The notes: generated from the letters alone by a model not told the origin. A stretch of DNA of 64,000 nt from Muribaculaceae bacterium (GCA_022510385.1 JAFLTQ010000015.1:1451-65450); one strand, 5' to 3'. Numbered from the stretch's first letter, positions 36,228-46,393 are shown. A program made the numbers and translations.

Positions 36228-37519
36228 TCCCCAATCACTATTTCATTACTGCCGGGTTTCATACCCGCAATTTTCACTTTTGAAATATGATTCACTATAC
36301 CCTCTTTCATCGGAGCCTCAACCCGGATATAATTGTCAGTGAAACCTTGAATCATATTAGAAGCGGTGGTATGTTCCCACAATACGTCTCTTTCTTTATC
36401 GAAATTCCTTCCGATAAAATTTAAAGTCTTTTTTTGTGACAATTCGTTGATAATACCTACTCGCCTGTACCTTTCATCCTGAGCTACAACATCCCCTAAC
36501 AGAATGGCTTTTGTGCCTTCTCTCTCAGAATAAGGGAATGCGTGAAATTTAGCTACATCCAACGACTCCATGAAATCTATGCTCCTCTTCCATTCGTCAG
36601 ATGTCTCCCCCCGGGCACCGGCTATTACATCAACACCAATAAATGCGTCAACAATCAACTCCCGGATACGTTTAATTCGTGATTCAAAAAGGGATGTGTC
36701 ATAACGACGATTCATCAATTTCAACACTTTATCCGACCCCGACTGTAAAGGGATATGAAAATGAGGCATAAATTTTCCGGATACGTTTGCTATCCAATCG
36801 AGAATCTCGTCGGTAAGGAGATTCGGCTCTATGGAGGAGATACGATAACGCTCTATACCTTCCACATTTTCGAGAGCCTTTAGGAGGGACAAAAAATCTT
36901 CTTCATGATCTTTCCCGAAAGTGCCTATATTTACTCCGGTAATCACGATCTCTTTGCCACCTTTCGCTGCGGCCTCTTGTGCAAGTGGAATCAATTCAGA
37001 AATCTTTCCTGAACGCGACCTCCCGCGTGCAAAGGGAATTGTGCAATAAGTGCAGAAATAGTCGCATCCGTCTTGCACCTTCAGAAAGAACCTGGTTCGC
37101 TCGCCTCTTTCACAGGATGGCATAAATTTACCGATAGAGAGTGGGGGTGTTGTTTCTACCTGCACACTTCCGGCCTTCATCCATTCGTCGATATATTGAG
37201 AGATTCTAAGTTTCTCATTAGATCCGATTACTATGGCAACATTGGGTAGCTTAGCCACCTCCTCCGGTTTAAGTTGCGCATAGCATCCGGTCACCATTAT
37301 AGCAGCTTCCGGATATCGGGAGGCCAAGCTCCTAATGAGCTGCCGGCCCTTCTTATCAGCATTGGATGTAACAGAACAAGTGTTGACTACACAAATATTC
37401 GGCGCTTCCCCTTTCTCCGCTCTTTCAATTCCTTTAGTTTCGAGCATACGGGCAATCGTGGCTGTCTCTGAAAAATTCAATTTACACCCAAGAGTATGAT
37501 ATGTAGCCTTCAAATTCAA
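36218..37519 (-). CDS. mtaB: tRNA t6A37 methylthiotransferase (radical SAM)
   Basis: TLGCKLNFSET, NTCSVT, VTGCYAQL and KVQDGCDYFCTYCTIPFARG. Confidence 0.95.
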   Translation of the reverse strand: MNLKATYHTLGCKLNFSETATIARMLETKGIERAEKGEAPNICVVNTCSVTSNADKKGRQLIRSLASRYPEAAIMVTGCYAQLKPEEVAKLPNVAIVIGSNEKLRISQYIDEWMKAGSVQVETTPPLSIGKFMPSCERGERTRFFLKVQDGCDYFCTYCTIPFARGRSRSGKISELIPLAQEAAAKGGKEIVITGVNIGTFGKDHEEDFLSLLKALENVEGIERYRISSIEPNLLTDEILDWIANVSGKFMPHFHIPLQSGSDKVLKLMNRRYDTSLFESRIKRIRELIVDAFIGVDVIAGARGETSDEWKRSIDFMESLDVAKFHAFPYSEREGTKAILLGDVVAQDERYRRVGIINELSQKKTLNFIGRNFDKERDVLWEHTTASNMIQGFTDNYIRVEAPMKEGIVNHISKVKIAGMKPGSNEIVIGECL

Positions 37520-37567
37520 TTTATATGGATTTTATCATCCTTTATTCTGCAAATTTACTGCTAAAAT

Positions 37568-37599
37568 TTTGGAGTATGAGAATTTTTTTCTTAATTTTG
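37568..37599 (+). promoter_or_regulatory. Full Bacteroidetes sigma-A promoter with no downstream + strand gene
   Basis: TTTG (37568-37571), 20-nt spacer, TAATTTTG (37592-37599). Confidence 0.7.
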
Positions 37600-37604
37600 C
37601 TCCA

Positions 37605-37810
37605 GTATGCCCCTACGGGCAATGACAAAAAAATTAGAGAATAATTCTTCTCATAAGACCAATTAATCGTTTCATTGATAATTTTATTGTTGCATTAGTA
37701 AAGTTATGGATTAATAGTTAAAATTAGGATTAGGACCATCAATGCGTTCCGAAGTGTTTCGTGATGCATTGGAAAAAAGGGACGCGTAGTGATTACGCAT
37801 CCCTTTTTTT
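37605..37810 (+). ncRNA. Candidate ~200-nt small RNA (or small-peptide transcript)
   Basis: Canonical promoter upstream, 5' GCCC-CTAC-GGGC hairpin, 13-bp hairpin at 37740-37771 and terminator at 37773-37810; both neighbours are on the minus strand. Confidence 0.5.
37773..37810. terminator. Bidirectional intrinsic terminator
   Basis: AAAAAAGGGA-C-GCGTA-GTGAT-TACGC-A-TCCCTTTTTTT. Confidence 0.85.
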
Positions 37811-37830
37811 GATCGACTACTCTTTAATTC

Positions 37831-39018
37831 TTATTTTAACTTTGATGTGGCTGCTTTGATTCTATCTATAGCTTCCCGGATATTTTCATCTGAGGTGGCA
37901 TAACTCAGACGTATATACCCCGGAGCACAAAATGCTTCCCCATCCACGCAGGCTACATGAGCCTCTTGCAGCAGATAGAGCACATAATCACCACTGCTCT
38001 TAATTTCCGTCTCTCCATATTTCTTCCCTATCAGATTTCGCACATCGGGGAATAGATAAAATGCTCCATCAGGCTTGTTTACTTTCCATCCGTCGATATC
38101 TCGGGCAAGTTCAACTATCAGGTCTCTACGACGTTCAAAAGCCTTTCGCATATCTTCAACACACTGCTGAGGCCCTTCGTAGGCTGCCTCTGCTGCCTTT
38201 TGGGCTATTGAGGATGCTCCGGAAGTGTATTGCCCTTGAAGTTTGCTACAAGCTTTTGCAATATCAAGAGGTCCGGCCATATAACCTATTCTCCAGCCTG
38301 TCATTGCGTAAGCTTTAGAGACTCCATTGATAATCACCGTCCTCTCTTTCATCCAATCATAATCGGCTATTGATGTCACTCCACCTATGAAATTGATGTG
38401 CTCATAGATTTCATCGCTCATCACTACAATATCAGGATGATTTTTCAACATCTCAGCAATCTCTCCCAGCTCCTTTTTAGAATAGACTGAGCCGGTTGGA
38501 TTACACGGTGAATTCAACAATAGCAAGCGGGTAGCGGGTGTTATGGCTGCTTCAAGTTGAGAAGCTGTTACTTTGAAGTCATTTTCTATTTCGGCCGGAA
38601 CCAATACTGATTTCCCTTCTGCAAGTTTAACCATCTCTACATAGCTCACCCAAGCAGGAGTCGGTATGATTACCTCGTCTCCGGGGTTTACAGTTGAGAG
38701 AATCACATTTGTAAGCTCCTGTTTTGCTCCATTCCCAACTACAATTTGATCAACAGAATAGTCAAGCCGGTTTTCTCTCTTCAATTTGTCGCAAATAGCT
38801 TTTCTTAAAGAAAGGTATCCGGGCACAGGAGTGTAACGTGAAAAATTCTCATCTATAGCCTTTTTGGCTGCCGATTTTATAAAATCCGGAGTGTCAAAAT
38901 CCGGCTCACCCACTGAGAGATTAATAACGTCGATTCCGGCTGCTTTCAATTCAGCACTCTTTTGCGACATTGCCAATGTGGCAGAGGGTGACAGATTTTT
39001 GATTCTATTGGAAATCAT
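37831..39018 (-). CDS. aspC: PLP-dependent aminotransferase class I/II (aspartate aminotransferase-like)
   Basis: LSVGEPDFDTP, NSPCNPTG, SDEIYE, NGVSKAYAMTGWRIGY and YIRLSYA. Confidence 0.88.
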   Translation of the reverse strand: MISNRIKNLSPSATLAMSQKSAELKAAGIDVINLSVGEPDFDTPDFIKSAAKKAIDENFSRYTPVPGYLSLRKAICDKLKRENRLDYSVDQIVVGNGAKQELTNVILSTVNPGDEVIIPTPAWVSYVEMVKLAEGKSVLVPAEIENDFKVTASQLEAAITPATRLLLLNSPCNPTGSVYSKKELGEIAEMLKNHPDIVVMSDEIYEHINFIGGVTSIADYDWMKERTVIINGVSKAYAMTGWRIGYMAGPLDIAKACSKLQGQYTSGASSIAQKAAEAAYEGPQQCVEDMRKAFERRRDLIVELARDIDGWKVNKPDGAFYLFPDVRNLIGKKYGETEIKSSGDYVLYLLQEAHVACVDGEAFCAPGYIRLSYATSDENIREAIDRIKAATSKLK

Positions 39019-39042
39019 TAATGTAGGAAGTTATTAAAATTT

Positions 39043-39083
39043 AAAGGTTGGAAAGTTGGAGAGTTTGAAAGTTTTGAAAGTTT
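39043..39083 (+). repeat. Degenerate octamer tandem array
   Basis: AAAGGTTG GAAAGTTG GAGAGTTT GAAAGTTT T GAAAGTTT between aspC and pfkA. Confidence 0.65.
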
Positions 39084-39106
39084 AATTTTTAATGTCAGGA
39101 ATTTAA

Positions 39107-40087
39107 TCAGATTGAGAGACGGCGGAGCGTATTCATCAATTCACGGTCGATCGGTTTGTCGTTCTTTATTGCTTTTGTGAAAGGCACATAAACAATTTCA
39201 TCATTTTTGATACCGACCATGACATTCCGCTGGTCATCGAGAAGAGCATCCACAGCGGCAGCTCCCATTCTTGAAGCGAGGATACGGTCGTAGGCTGTGG
39301 GGGACCCTCCTCTCTGAAGGTGGCCTAAAATTGATACTCTCACATCATAGTCGGGATATTGCTGTTTAACTCTTTCTGCAAGCCCGAGAGCACCGCCTGT
39401 TTGGGGAGATTCAGCAACCAACACTATCGATGAGTTCTTGGACTTGCGGAATCCGTTGGCAATAAGTTCATCAAGCTGTTCAGCCTGAGTGGATATTTCG
39501 GGAATAATTGCAGCCTCTGCTCCGGAAGCTATCGCACCGTTGAGGGCTAAGAAACCGGCATCACGACCCATAACCTCAATAAAGAAAAGACGCTCATGGG
39601 ATGTTGCCGTATCTCTGATTTTGTCGACACAGTCCATGATAGTATTTAAAGCGGTGTCATAACCGATTGTTGAATCTGTGCCATAGAGATCGTTATCGAT
39701 TGTTCCGGGAAGCCCTACAACCTGAAAATTGAATTCATTTGCAAAAATTCGTGCTCCGGTCAAAGATCCGTCTCCTCCAATGACTACAAGGGAGTCAATA
39801 CCTCTCCTCTGCAGAACATCAAAGGCGCATTGACGTCCTTCCGGAGTGGTGAATTCTTTGCATCGAGCTGTCTTCAAGATGGTCCCTCCTCGTTGGATGA
39901 TATTAGATACATTCTGTGTGGAAAATTCTTCTATCTCATCTGTGATCAAGCCACGATATCCACGCATAACTCCGTAAACTTTAAAACCGGCCACTATTGC
40001 TGCGCGAGTCACCGCACGAATAGCTGCATTCATACCCGGAGCATCTCCTCCTGACGTGAGAATGCCTACTGCTCTCTGTTTGCTCAT
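39107..40087 (-). CDS. pfkA: ATP-dependent 6-phosphofructokinase
   Basis: [42 protein letters not shown] and LGHLQRGG. Confidence 0.97.
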   Translation of the reverse strand: MSKQRAVGILTSGGDAPGMNAAIRAVTRAAIVAGFKVYGVMRGYRGLITDEIEEFSTQNVSNIIQRGGTILKTARCKEFTTPEGRQCAFDVLQRRGIDSLVVIGGDGSLTGARIFANEFNFQVVGLPGTIDNDLYGTDSTIGYDTALNTIMDCVDKIRDTATSHERLFFIEVMGRDAGFLALNGAIASGAEAAIIPEISTQAEQLDELIANGFRKSKNSSIVLVAESPQTGGALGLAERVKQQYPDYDVRVSILGHLQRGGSPTAYDRILASRMGAAAVDALLDDQRNVMVGIKNDEIVYVPFTKAIKNDKPIDRELMNTLRRLSI

Positions 40088-40215
40088 ATTCCCGTTAGTT
40101 ATTATTTTTGTTTTCGATTAAGCAGGTGGATTTACCTACCCTTCCCTTACAAAATTATATATTTTAAGGTTACTGACAAAAAAAATGGTTAAATTTGCGT
40201 TTCAACGTGTTTCTT

Positions 40216-40851
40216 ATGGATAAAATCAAAAATATCATATTCGATTTGGGGGGTGTGGTGATAGATCTCGACCGGAATATGGCGGTGAAAGCTCTGGAAA
40301 ATCTCGGCCTTAATGATGCTGACTCGCTCCTTGGGGAATATGAACAGAAAGGTCCTTTCCTTAGGCTTGAAAAGGGAGAACTCTCTTCTTCCGAATTATA
40401 TGACCTGTTGTTACCCAAGTGTAAACCAGATACAAATTGCACCCATATTCGCGATGCTTTTGAAGAATTCTTGCGCGATATTCCGGAGGAAAGATTGATA
40501 ACCCTCGAAAATTTAAGAAAAAAGGGTTTCAGGCTTTTTGTTCTTTCAAACACTAATCCCATAATGTTTAATCACTGGATAGAGAATGAATTCCGTAAAA
40601 AAGGGAAAACTATCAATGATTATTTCGACGGAATTGTAGTGTCATTCCAAGAAAAGATGTGCAAGCCGGAACCTTCACTATTTCAGAAGGTTGTAGACAG
40701 GTATGATCTGAATCCTGAAGAGACTCTGATGCTTGATGACTCCGAGAAAAATATTAGGGCGGCCCAAAGTATCGGTCTGCAGGGCATACATATTTCCGAC
40801 CAACCGGGCCACACTTTCAATGAAGTGACGGAATCCCTGTTAAATCAATAA
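40216..40851 (+). CDS. HAD-superfamily phosphatase (YihX-like)
   Basis: IIFDLGGV, LSNTN, KPEP and LMLDDSEKN; start reassigned to ATG 40216. Confidence 0.88.
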   Translation: MDKIKNIIFDLGGVVIDLDRNMAVKALENLGLNDADSLLGEYEQKGPFLRLEKGELSSSELYDLLLPKCKPDTNCTHIRDAFEEFLRDIPEERLITLENLRKKGFRLFVLSNTNPIMFNHWIENEFRKKGKTINDYFDGIVVSFQEKMCKPEPSLFQKVVDRYDLNPEETLMLDDSEKNIRAAQSIGLQGIHISDQPGHTFNEVTESLLNQ

Positions 40852-40854
40852 AAC

Positions 40855-41766
40855 ATGAAAGAAAAGGATCAGATTCCCCGCGGAGCTTCTATAGCGGCGA
40901 TAGGCACCTTCGACGGAGTGCATCGTGGCCATCACGCTGTCTTGGATCTCCTTTCCTCTTTATCTAAAGAGAAAGGTCTGACTCCCCTGGCCTTCACCTT
41001 CCGGAATCATCCCCTTCAATTAATAGATGCCCGAAGAGTCCCTGCTTCTCTGACTCCCCTATGGAAAAAAAAGAAACTTATAGAAGAAAGGGGTGTTAAG
41101 CCTGTGGTTTTGGATTTTGATGATGAATTACGTTCCACCACGGCAAAAGAGTGGATGATCAGAATGCGCGACAGTTATGGGGTAGTGGCTCTTATTGTAG
41201 GATATGACAACACATTCGGATCTGACGGGGTCAATCATTCTTTAGAAGATTTTATCGCCATTGGAGAAAAATTAGGAATTGAAGTTTTTCCTGTTGAAGT
41301 CGTAACCGGCGTAAGCAGCTCGGCCATACGTAAAGCCGTGAAGGGGGGTGATATGGAGAAAGCCGGAATGATGCTCGGTCGACCCTATTCAATCACTGCG
41401 AAAGTTGTAAAAGGGAATAGTCTGGGCCACACAATAGGCTTCCCCACAGCCAATATAGAGACTCCTGACGGTCAGGCCGAACCTCTTCCCGGAGTATATG
41501 CGGCAATTGTCAAGACTCTCCACGACGGCAAGAAACATCCGGCTATGGTGAATGTCGGCACGCGTCCTACAGTCATGCGTGGTGACAATCTTGTTATTGA
41601 AGCCCATATTATCAATTGGCAAGGGGATCTTTATGGGAAAGATATAACTGTCAGATTTATAAAACGGCTTCGAGATGAAAAGAAATTTGACTCTATAGAG
41701 GCGCTGAAAGCTCAACTGACAGAAGATCGTGAGTTTGCAATGGATGCTTTGAAAGGAAGGTTATAA
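40855..41766 (+). CDS. ribF: Bifunctional riboflavin kinase / FAD synthetase
   Basis: IGTFDGVHRGH, VGYD..FG, VSSSAIR, IGFPTAN, NVGTRPT, EAHI and RLRDEKKF. Confidence 0.95.
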   Translation: MKEKDQIPRGASIAAIGTFDGVHRGHHAVLDLLSSLSKEKGLTPLAFTFRNHPLQLIDARRVPASLTPLWKKKKLIEERGVKPVVLDFDDELRSTTAKEWMIRMRDSYGVVALIVGYDNTFGSDGVNHSLEDFIAIGEKLGIEVFPVEVVTGVSSSAIRKAVKGGDMEKAGMMLGRPYSITAKVVKGNSLGHTIGFPTANIETPDGQAEPLPGVYAAIVKTLHDGKKHPAMVNVGTRPTVMRGDNLVIEAHIINWQGDLYGKDITVRFIKRLRDEKKFDSIEALKAQLTEDREFAMDALKGRL

Positions 41767-41807
41767 TACTCTCTTCAAAATATAGAATGATTATAAAATT
41801 TACTGAT

Positions 41808-43163
41808 ATGAAAATCAAACAAGTTTTGAGCGTTTGTCTCTTGACTCTTTTGTTAGTGACATTCAATTCCTGTAAGAAGGATACTATAGATGTGTCGCAA
41901 CTCCTCTCGACTGTTCCTTCTTCAGCAGGGGGAGTGGTGGTCTTTAATATCGAAGGGATGGCCAAGGATGCCGGTTGCGAGATTAAAAACCATATAATCG
42001 AGCCCGGAGAAGTCATTAAAGGCTTGTTGGAAGAAGCTTCTCCGACACAAAAGAAAGATTTTATGGTGCTTTTTGATGGCTCAACCGGAATAGAGCCAAA
42101 AGTGGCTGTTTTGTTTTATGATGCCAACCGCACATTCCTGACTGTGGCCCTATATGATGAAGTTAAGTTCACTCAATTCGTTGAATCTCAAGTTGGTACA
42201 AATTTCGAAGATGTGGGTAACGGTCTTAAAGTTTGTGGTCAGGTAGCCATGAAAGGGGGCCAGGCGTGGCTCTGTTTGCCCACCGGCAAGAGGCTCGATC
42301 CGGAAGGTATCGAAGCATATTCTTCACTATCCACAAGCCAAAGCTTCCTCGTGACCCCTATGGGTGAAAAACTTCTCACTGAAGAGTCCGACATAAGGGG
42401 TTGGGCATTGCTCAAAACATATCTTGGCCAGTCACTCAGCCGCGCTGACCGCGCATTGGCTTCAATCGGGTTAGATCTTATTTTTGAAAATGCAGAGTCA
42501 GTGAGATTTGAAGCAGATTTCAAGAAGGGTGAGTTTGAAGCGGAGGCAGTGATTCTGAATGATAAAGGTAATCCTGCAAAATCTCTTCTTCCTCTTGAGA
42601 AAATTGATGTTAAACCCATTAAAGAGCTTGGAGAAAGTTGTCAAGGTCTAATGGCTTTCACAATAACCCCGAAATTGGTGAAAAAATTTGAAGAAATAGG
42701 AAATTCACTCGGAGGTGGGCTGTTTGGAAATTTCTTTAAGGAGCTCAAAAATATAGATGGCACTACCGCGATGATCGTGAGTGGCAAAAATCTTGATGAA
42801 GAGGAAGCCATTAATGGAGTTATTTCCACTAAAGGGGATGTATCTCCGGCATTCAAGGAATTTGTGTCGGAATATCTGGGGGCAATTTCCATAGATGGAG
42901 ACAAGTTGAAATTCACAAAAGGGAATGTAGCTGGTTCTCTATCTGTTGATAAAGTTGCGGATGAAATAAAGGGCTCTTGCTTTGCTCTCGTTGTGGAACC
43001 CTCCGAACTTGCAGGCCTTAATTTCTTTAAATATTTGTCAACCGGATTTAGTATGGTGGAATTAAAACTCAAGCAGGATTCCGGAAGCCTTGAAGTTGAG
43101 ATAGAAGCCAAAACAAAGTCGCCGGACGAAAATGCACTTTTGACCATATTGAGGTCTAAATAA
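41808..43163 (+). CDS. Hypothetical lipoprotein (DUF4836-like, tentative)
   Basis: MKIKQVLSVCLLTLLLVTFNS-CKKD lipobox; no catalytic motif recognised. Confidence 0.7.
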   Translation: MKIKQVLSVCLLTLLLVTFNSCKKDTIDVSQLLSTVPSSAGGVVVFNIEGMAKDAGCEIKNHIIEPGEVIKGLLEEASPTQKKDFMVLFDGSTGIEPKVAVLFYDANRTFLTVALYDEVKFTQFVESQVGTNFEDVGNGLKVCGQVAMKGGQAWLCLPTGKRLDPEGIEAYSSLSTSQSFLVTPMGEKLLTEESDIRGWALLKTYLGQSLSRADRALASIGLDLIFENAESVRFEADFKKGEFEAEAVILNDKGNPAKSLLPLEKIDVKPIKELGESCQGLMAFTITPKLVKKFEEIGNSLGGGLFGNFFKELKNIDGTTAMIVSGKNLDEEEAINGVISTKGDVSPAFKEFVSEYLGAISIDGDKLKFTKGNVAGSLSVDKVADEIKGSCFALVVEPSELAGLNFFKYLSTGFSMVELKLKQDSGSLEVEIEAKTKSPDENALLTILRSK

Positions 43164-43166
43164 TAA

Positions 43167-45008
43167 ATGAAAGACCTATTCATATTCATGAGGCGCTTCG
43201 CGGCGCCCTATAAATGGAATATAGCGGGAAGCGTGTTGTTCAACTTCCTGACAATGGGTCTTACTGTCTTTTCTTTTGCTTTCATAATGCCAATCTTGAG
43301 GATTCTGTTCAATCTTGACACCACAAGCTATGTGTGGCAAGATTGGGACAGCGGTCAGTTTCAAGATGTCTTGATCAATAATTTCTATTGGTGGGTCACT
43401 CAAATCATCGGAAGAGTAGGAGCTACTGCAACCCTTGCATTAATGGCTTGTGCCCTTATTGTTGCAACCCTTTTGAAGGTTCTGGCAGCTTATTTTAGCG
43501 ACTATTGTGTCATACCGATGCGCAACGGGGTTGTGACCGATATCCGGAATCAGATGTATGCTAAAATAGTGTCTCTCCCTATCGGTTTCTACACTCATGA
43601 AAGGAAAGGAGATATAATGTCTCGACTGTTGGGAGACGTGGCGGAAATCGAAGCTTCTGTCGCCGCAAGCATAGCAGGGCTACTGAAAAATCCTATCCAG
43701 ATTGTCGGCTACCTGTTCGTTATGGTTGTATTGAGCTGGAAACTGACACTTTTCGTATTCATCCTCCTGCCGATTGCCGGATGGATTATGGGCACTGTCG
43801 GAAAGAAATTGAAAGTTAAGTCCTTGGCAGCTCAAAATATGTTGGGCTCAATACTCTCCACAGCTGAGGAAACCATTGGGGGCCTGAAAGTAGTTAAGGC
43901 TTTCAATGCAGAGAAACATATGGAGGGGGTATTCGACTCTCAGACTGACGAATATCGACGTCTTTCAAATTCCATTCAGCGGAGATGGAGCCTGGCCCAT
44001 CCTATGAGTGAATTCCTGGGTACTATAGCTGTCTGTATAGTTCTTTGGTTTGGAGGAGCCATCATTATCTCCGGAGAAACTTCCATTGATGCCCCCGGAT
44101 TTATTTATTATATGGTGATTTTTTATAGCATTATAAATCCGGCAAAAGAACTAACAAAAGTGGGTTACACCCTGCGTAAAGGTATGGCGGCTCTACAACG
44201 TATCGACAAAATCCTTGACGCTGACAATCCGATAAAAGACCCGTCAAATCCGCTAAATATACCGGCTGACCTCAAAGATGGGGCATCTTTATCTTTCAAT
44301 GATGTAAGTTTCAGCTATGATGGCCAACGGTATGTATTAAAAGATATAAATCTGGAAGTAAAATCCGGAATGACGGTGGCTCTTGTGGGTCAGTCAGGCT
44401 CCGGGAAATCAACGATGGTAGATTTAATTCCCCGATTTTGGGATGTAGTCCACGGGTCAGTAACAGTGGAAGGGAATCCTGTAGGAGATTACAGGATTGC
44501 TGATTTAAGAAGCATCATGGGAATTGTAAACCAGGAGCCTATCTTATTTAACGACACTATTTTCAATAATATAGCCTTCGGATGTCCGGGTGCTACCAAG
44601 AAAGATGTGGAGGAAGCAGCAAAAATTGCGAATGCATATGAATTCATCCTTGACACGGAAAAGGGTTTTGAGACTCTCGCCGGCGACCGTGGAGCCAGAC
44701 TTTCGGGCGGTCAGCGCCAAAGAATCAGCATAGCCAGAGCTGTCTTAAAAAATCCTCCTATCCTTATTCTGGATGAAGCAACCTCAGCGCTCGACACCGA
44801 GAGCGAACGTCTCGTGCAGGAGGCTCTTGAAAGATTGATGAAAAACCGCACAACAATTGTAGTGGCGCATCGCCTCTCAACAATTGCTAATGCCGATCTT
44901 ATATGTGTGCTCCAGGAAGGTAAAATCGTGGAACGTGGCACCCATAAAGAACTAATAGCTAAAAATGGTGTTTATAAACACCTTGTGGAAATGCAAAAAT
45001 TATCTTAA
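43167..45008 (+). CDS. ABC exporter, fused permease/ATPase (MsbA-like)
   Basis: Six-TM domain, GQSGSGKST, QEPILFN, LSGGQRQR, LILDEATSALD and VVAHRLST. Confidence 0.93.
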   Translation: MKDLFIFMRRFAAPYKWNIAGSVLFNFLTMGLTVFSFAFIMPILRILFNLDTTSYVWQDWDSGQFQDVLINNFYWWVTQIIGRVGATATLALMACALIVATLLKVLAAYFSDYCVIPMRNGVVTDIRNQMYAKIVSLPIGFYTHERKGDIMSRLLGDVAEIEASVAASIAGLLKNPIQIVGYLFVMVVLSWKLTLFVFILLPIAGWIMGTVGKKLKVKSLAAQNMLGSILSTAEETIGGLKVVKAFNAEKHMEGVFDSQTDEYRRLSNSIQRRWSLAHPMSEFLGTIAVCIVLWFGGAIIISGETSIDAPGFIYYMVIFYSIINPAKELTKVGYTLRKGMAALQRIDKILDADNPIKDPSNPLNIPADLKDGASLSFNDVSFSYDGQRYVLKDINLEVKSGMTVALVGQSGSGKSTMVDLIPRFWDVVHGSVTVEGNPVGDYRIADLRSIMGIVNQEPILFNDTIFNNIAFGCPGATKKDVEEAAKIANAYEFILDTEKGFETLAGDRGARLSGGQRQRISIARAVLKNPPILILDEATSALDTESERLVQEALERLMKNRTTIVVAHRLSTIANADLICVLQEGKIVERGTHKELIAKNGVYKHLVEMQKLS

Positions 45009-45012
45009 CAGA

Positions 45013-45909
45013 ATGAAAAATATCGCCATATTGGTATCCGGTGAGGGTGAAGCCACCGAGCGCATTGTGAAACTCTTTAACGAAGGGAACAGGGTTAAAA
45101 CTGTTTTGGTAGTAGTAGATAATTCGGCAATATCTTTAGTTGATGCTCTGCAAAAATATGAAGTGGAAGTGGTGCATGTGGCTGATGAGGAATGGATCTC
45201 AAAGGCTCCTGAAGTGGCAGAAAAAATTAAGGCAAAAGAAGTGAGCCTTCTTGTGCTTGATAATTTCGATAAAGTGTTGACGGATGAGATAATGGAATCC
45301 ACTAATGGAGAATTTCTTCGTCTTTCCTCAGCTCAATTAGCTCCGCGTGAAGTTGTGAATGCTCTTGAGGCTAATTTGATGAAACCTGTTGAAGAAATTA
45401 AACAGGAAGAAAATCGACCTTCTGAACCAACCCAAGAATCTGAATGGGCAGATGCCCTTAAAATTCAATTCACTCCTCCCAAAGTGCCTGACAATCCTCC
45501 TGCTATCCCGGGAAATGGTAATGCCCCGGAAGATAAGGCTTCTTTCTCCGGCAATAGGGCACCTTATGAATATGGGCCCGGATATCAAAATTCAAATAAG
45601 CCGGGTAATAATCAACTTTATGGCCCCACATCATTTGAGAGGCGACCGAATGGCAATCACAACGTAGAAAATATGCCATCCACCTGGCTGATATGGTCAA
45701 TCCTTGTGACAGTGTTCTGCTGCTTTATCCCGGGAATTATAGCTATAATATTCTCTTCTCAAGTTAGCTCCAGATTTTATTCCGGAGATATTGAAGGAGC
45801 ACGGCGAGCATCTCGCACTGCAGAAATTTGGATTATTGTGTCTTTCGTGCTCGGAGTCATATCTGCTACATTATATTTGCCTTTTATGTTGTTGGGGGAA
45901 ATAATGTAA
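45013..45909 (+). CDS. Fusion of a degenerate PurN/formyltransferase-like N-domain, a Pro/Asn-rich linker and a CD225/dispanin (IFITM-like) membrane domain
   Basis: MKNIAILVSGEGE..ERIV resembles the PurN N-terminus; C-terminal PSTWLIWSILVTVFCCFIPGIIAII.S.QV...GD..GA..AS is a CD225 signature; start reassigned to ATG 45013. Confidence 0.8.
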   Translation: MKNIAILVSGEGEATERIVKLFNEGNRVKTVLVVVDNSAISLVDALQKYEVEVVHVADEEWISKAPEVAEKIKAKEVSLLVLDNFDKVLTDEIMESTNGEFLRLSSAQLAPREVVNALEANLMKPVEEIKQEENRPSEPTQESEWADALKIQFTPPKVPDNPPAIPGNGNAPEDKASFSGNRAPYEYGPGYQNSNKPGNNQLYGPTSFERRPNGNHNVENMPSTWLIWSILVTVFCCFIPGIIAIIFSSQVSSRFYSGDIEGARRASRTAEIWIIVSFVLGVISATLYLPFMLLGEIM

Positions 45910-45916
45910 CCGGAGT

Positions 45917-46318
45917 ATGGAGGAAAGTTCTAATTTTAAAATAAATAGGCGGCTAACCATTTATTGGATTGCCGCCGTCGTTATGTTAGGACTTGCATCT
46001 TTCTATTTTTATTTTAATCCGGGAGAGAGCAGATGGATGCCACAATGTCTCTTTCATAAATTCACAGGCCTTAACTGTATGGGATGTGGGGCTCAAAGGA
46101 TGTTCCACTCCCTTCTTCATGGAGACTTTGTGGCTGCATTTCATGCAAATGCCCTTCTATTTTGCCTCCTTCCGGTCTTCGCTTTTATGGTTATTATTGA
46201 AGTTAAGCGAGAAAGTTTCCCTAATATTTATAAAAAAATACATACCCGACCCATAATCCTGGGTTTTGTGATTTTACTTACATTATGGATTTTTATTAGA
46301 AATATTATCGGCATATGA
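45917..46318 (+). CDS. DUF2752 membrane protein
   Basis: PQCLFHKFTGLNCMGCGAQR..HSLLHGDF..AF..N. Confidence 0.88.
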   Translation: MEESSNFKINRRLTIYWIAAVVMLGLASFYFYFNPGESRWMPQCLFHKFTGLNCMGCGAQRMFHSLLHGDFVAAFHANALLFCLLPVFAFMVIIEVKRESFPNIYKKIHTRPIILGFVILLTLWIFIRNIIGI

Positions 46319-46393
46319 AATTCTTATCTGCTTATTAATGTGAAACTTATCTTAATAATTCCAATTTTAACAAAATTTGGTAGTTGTTTTAAT

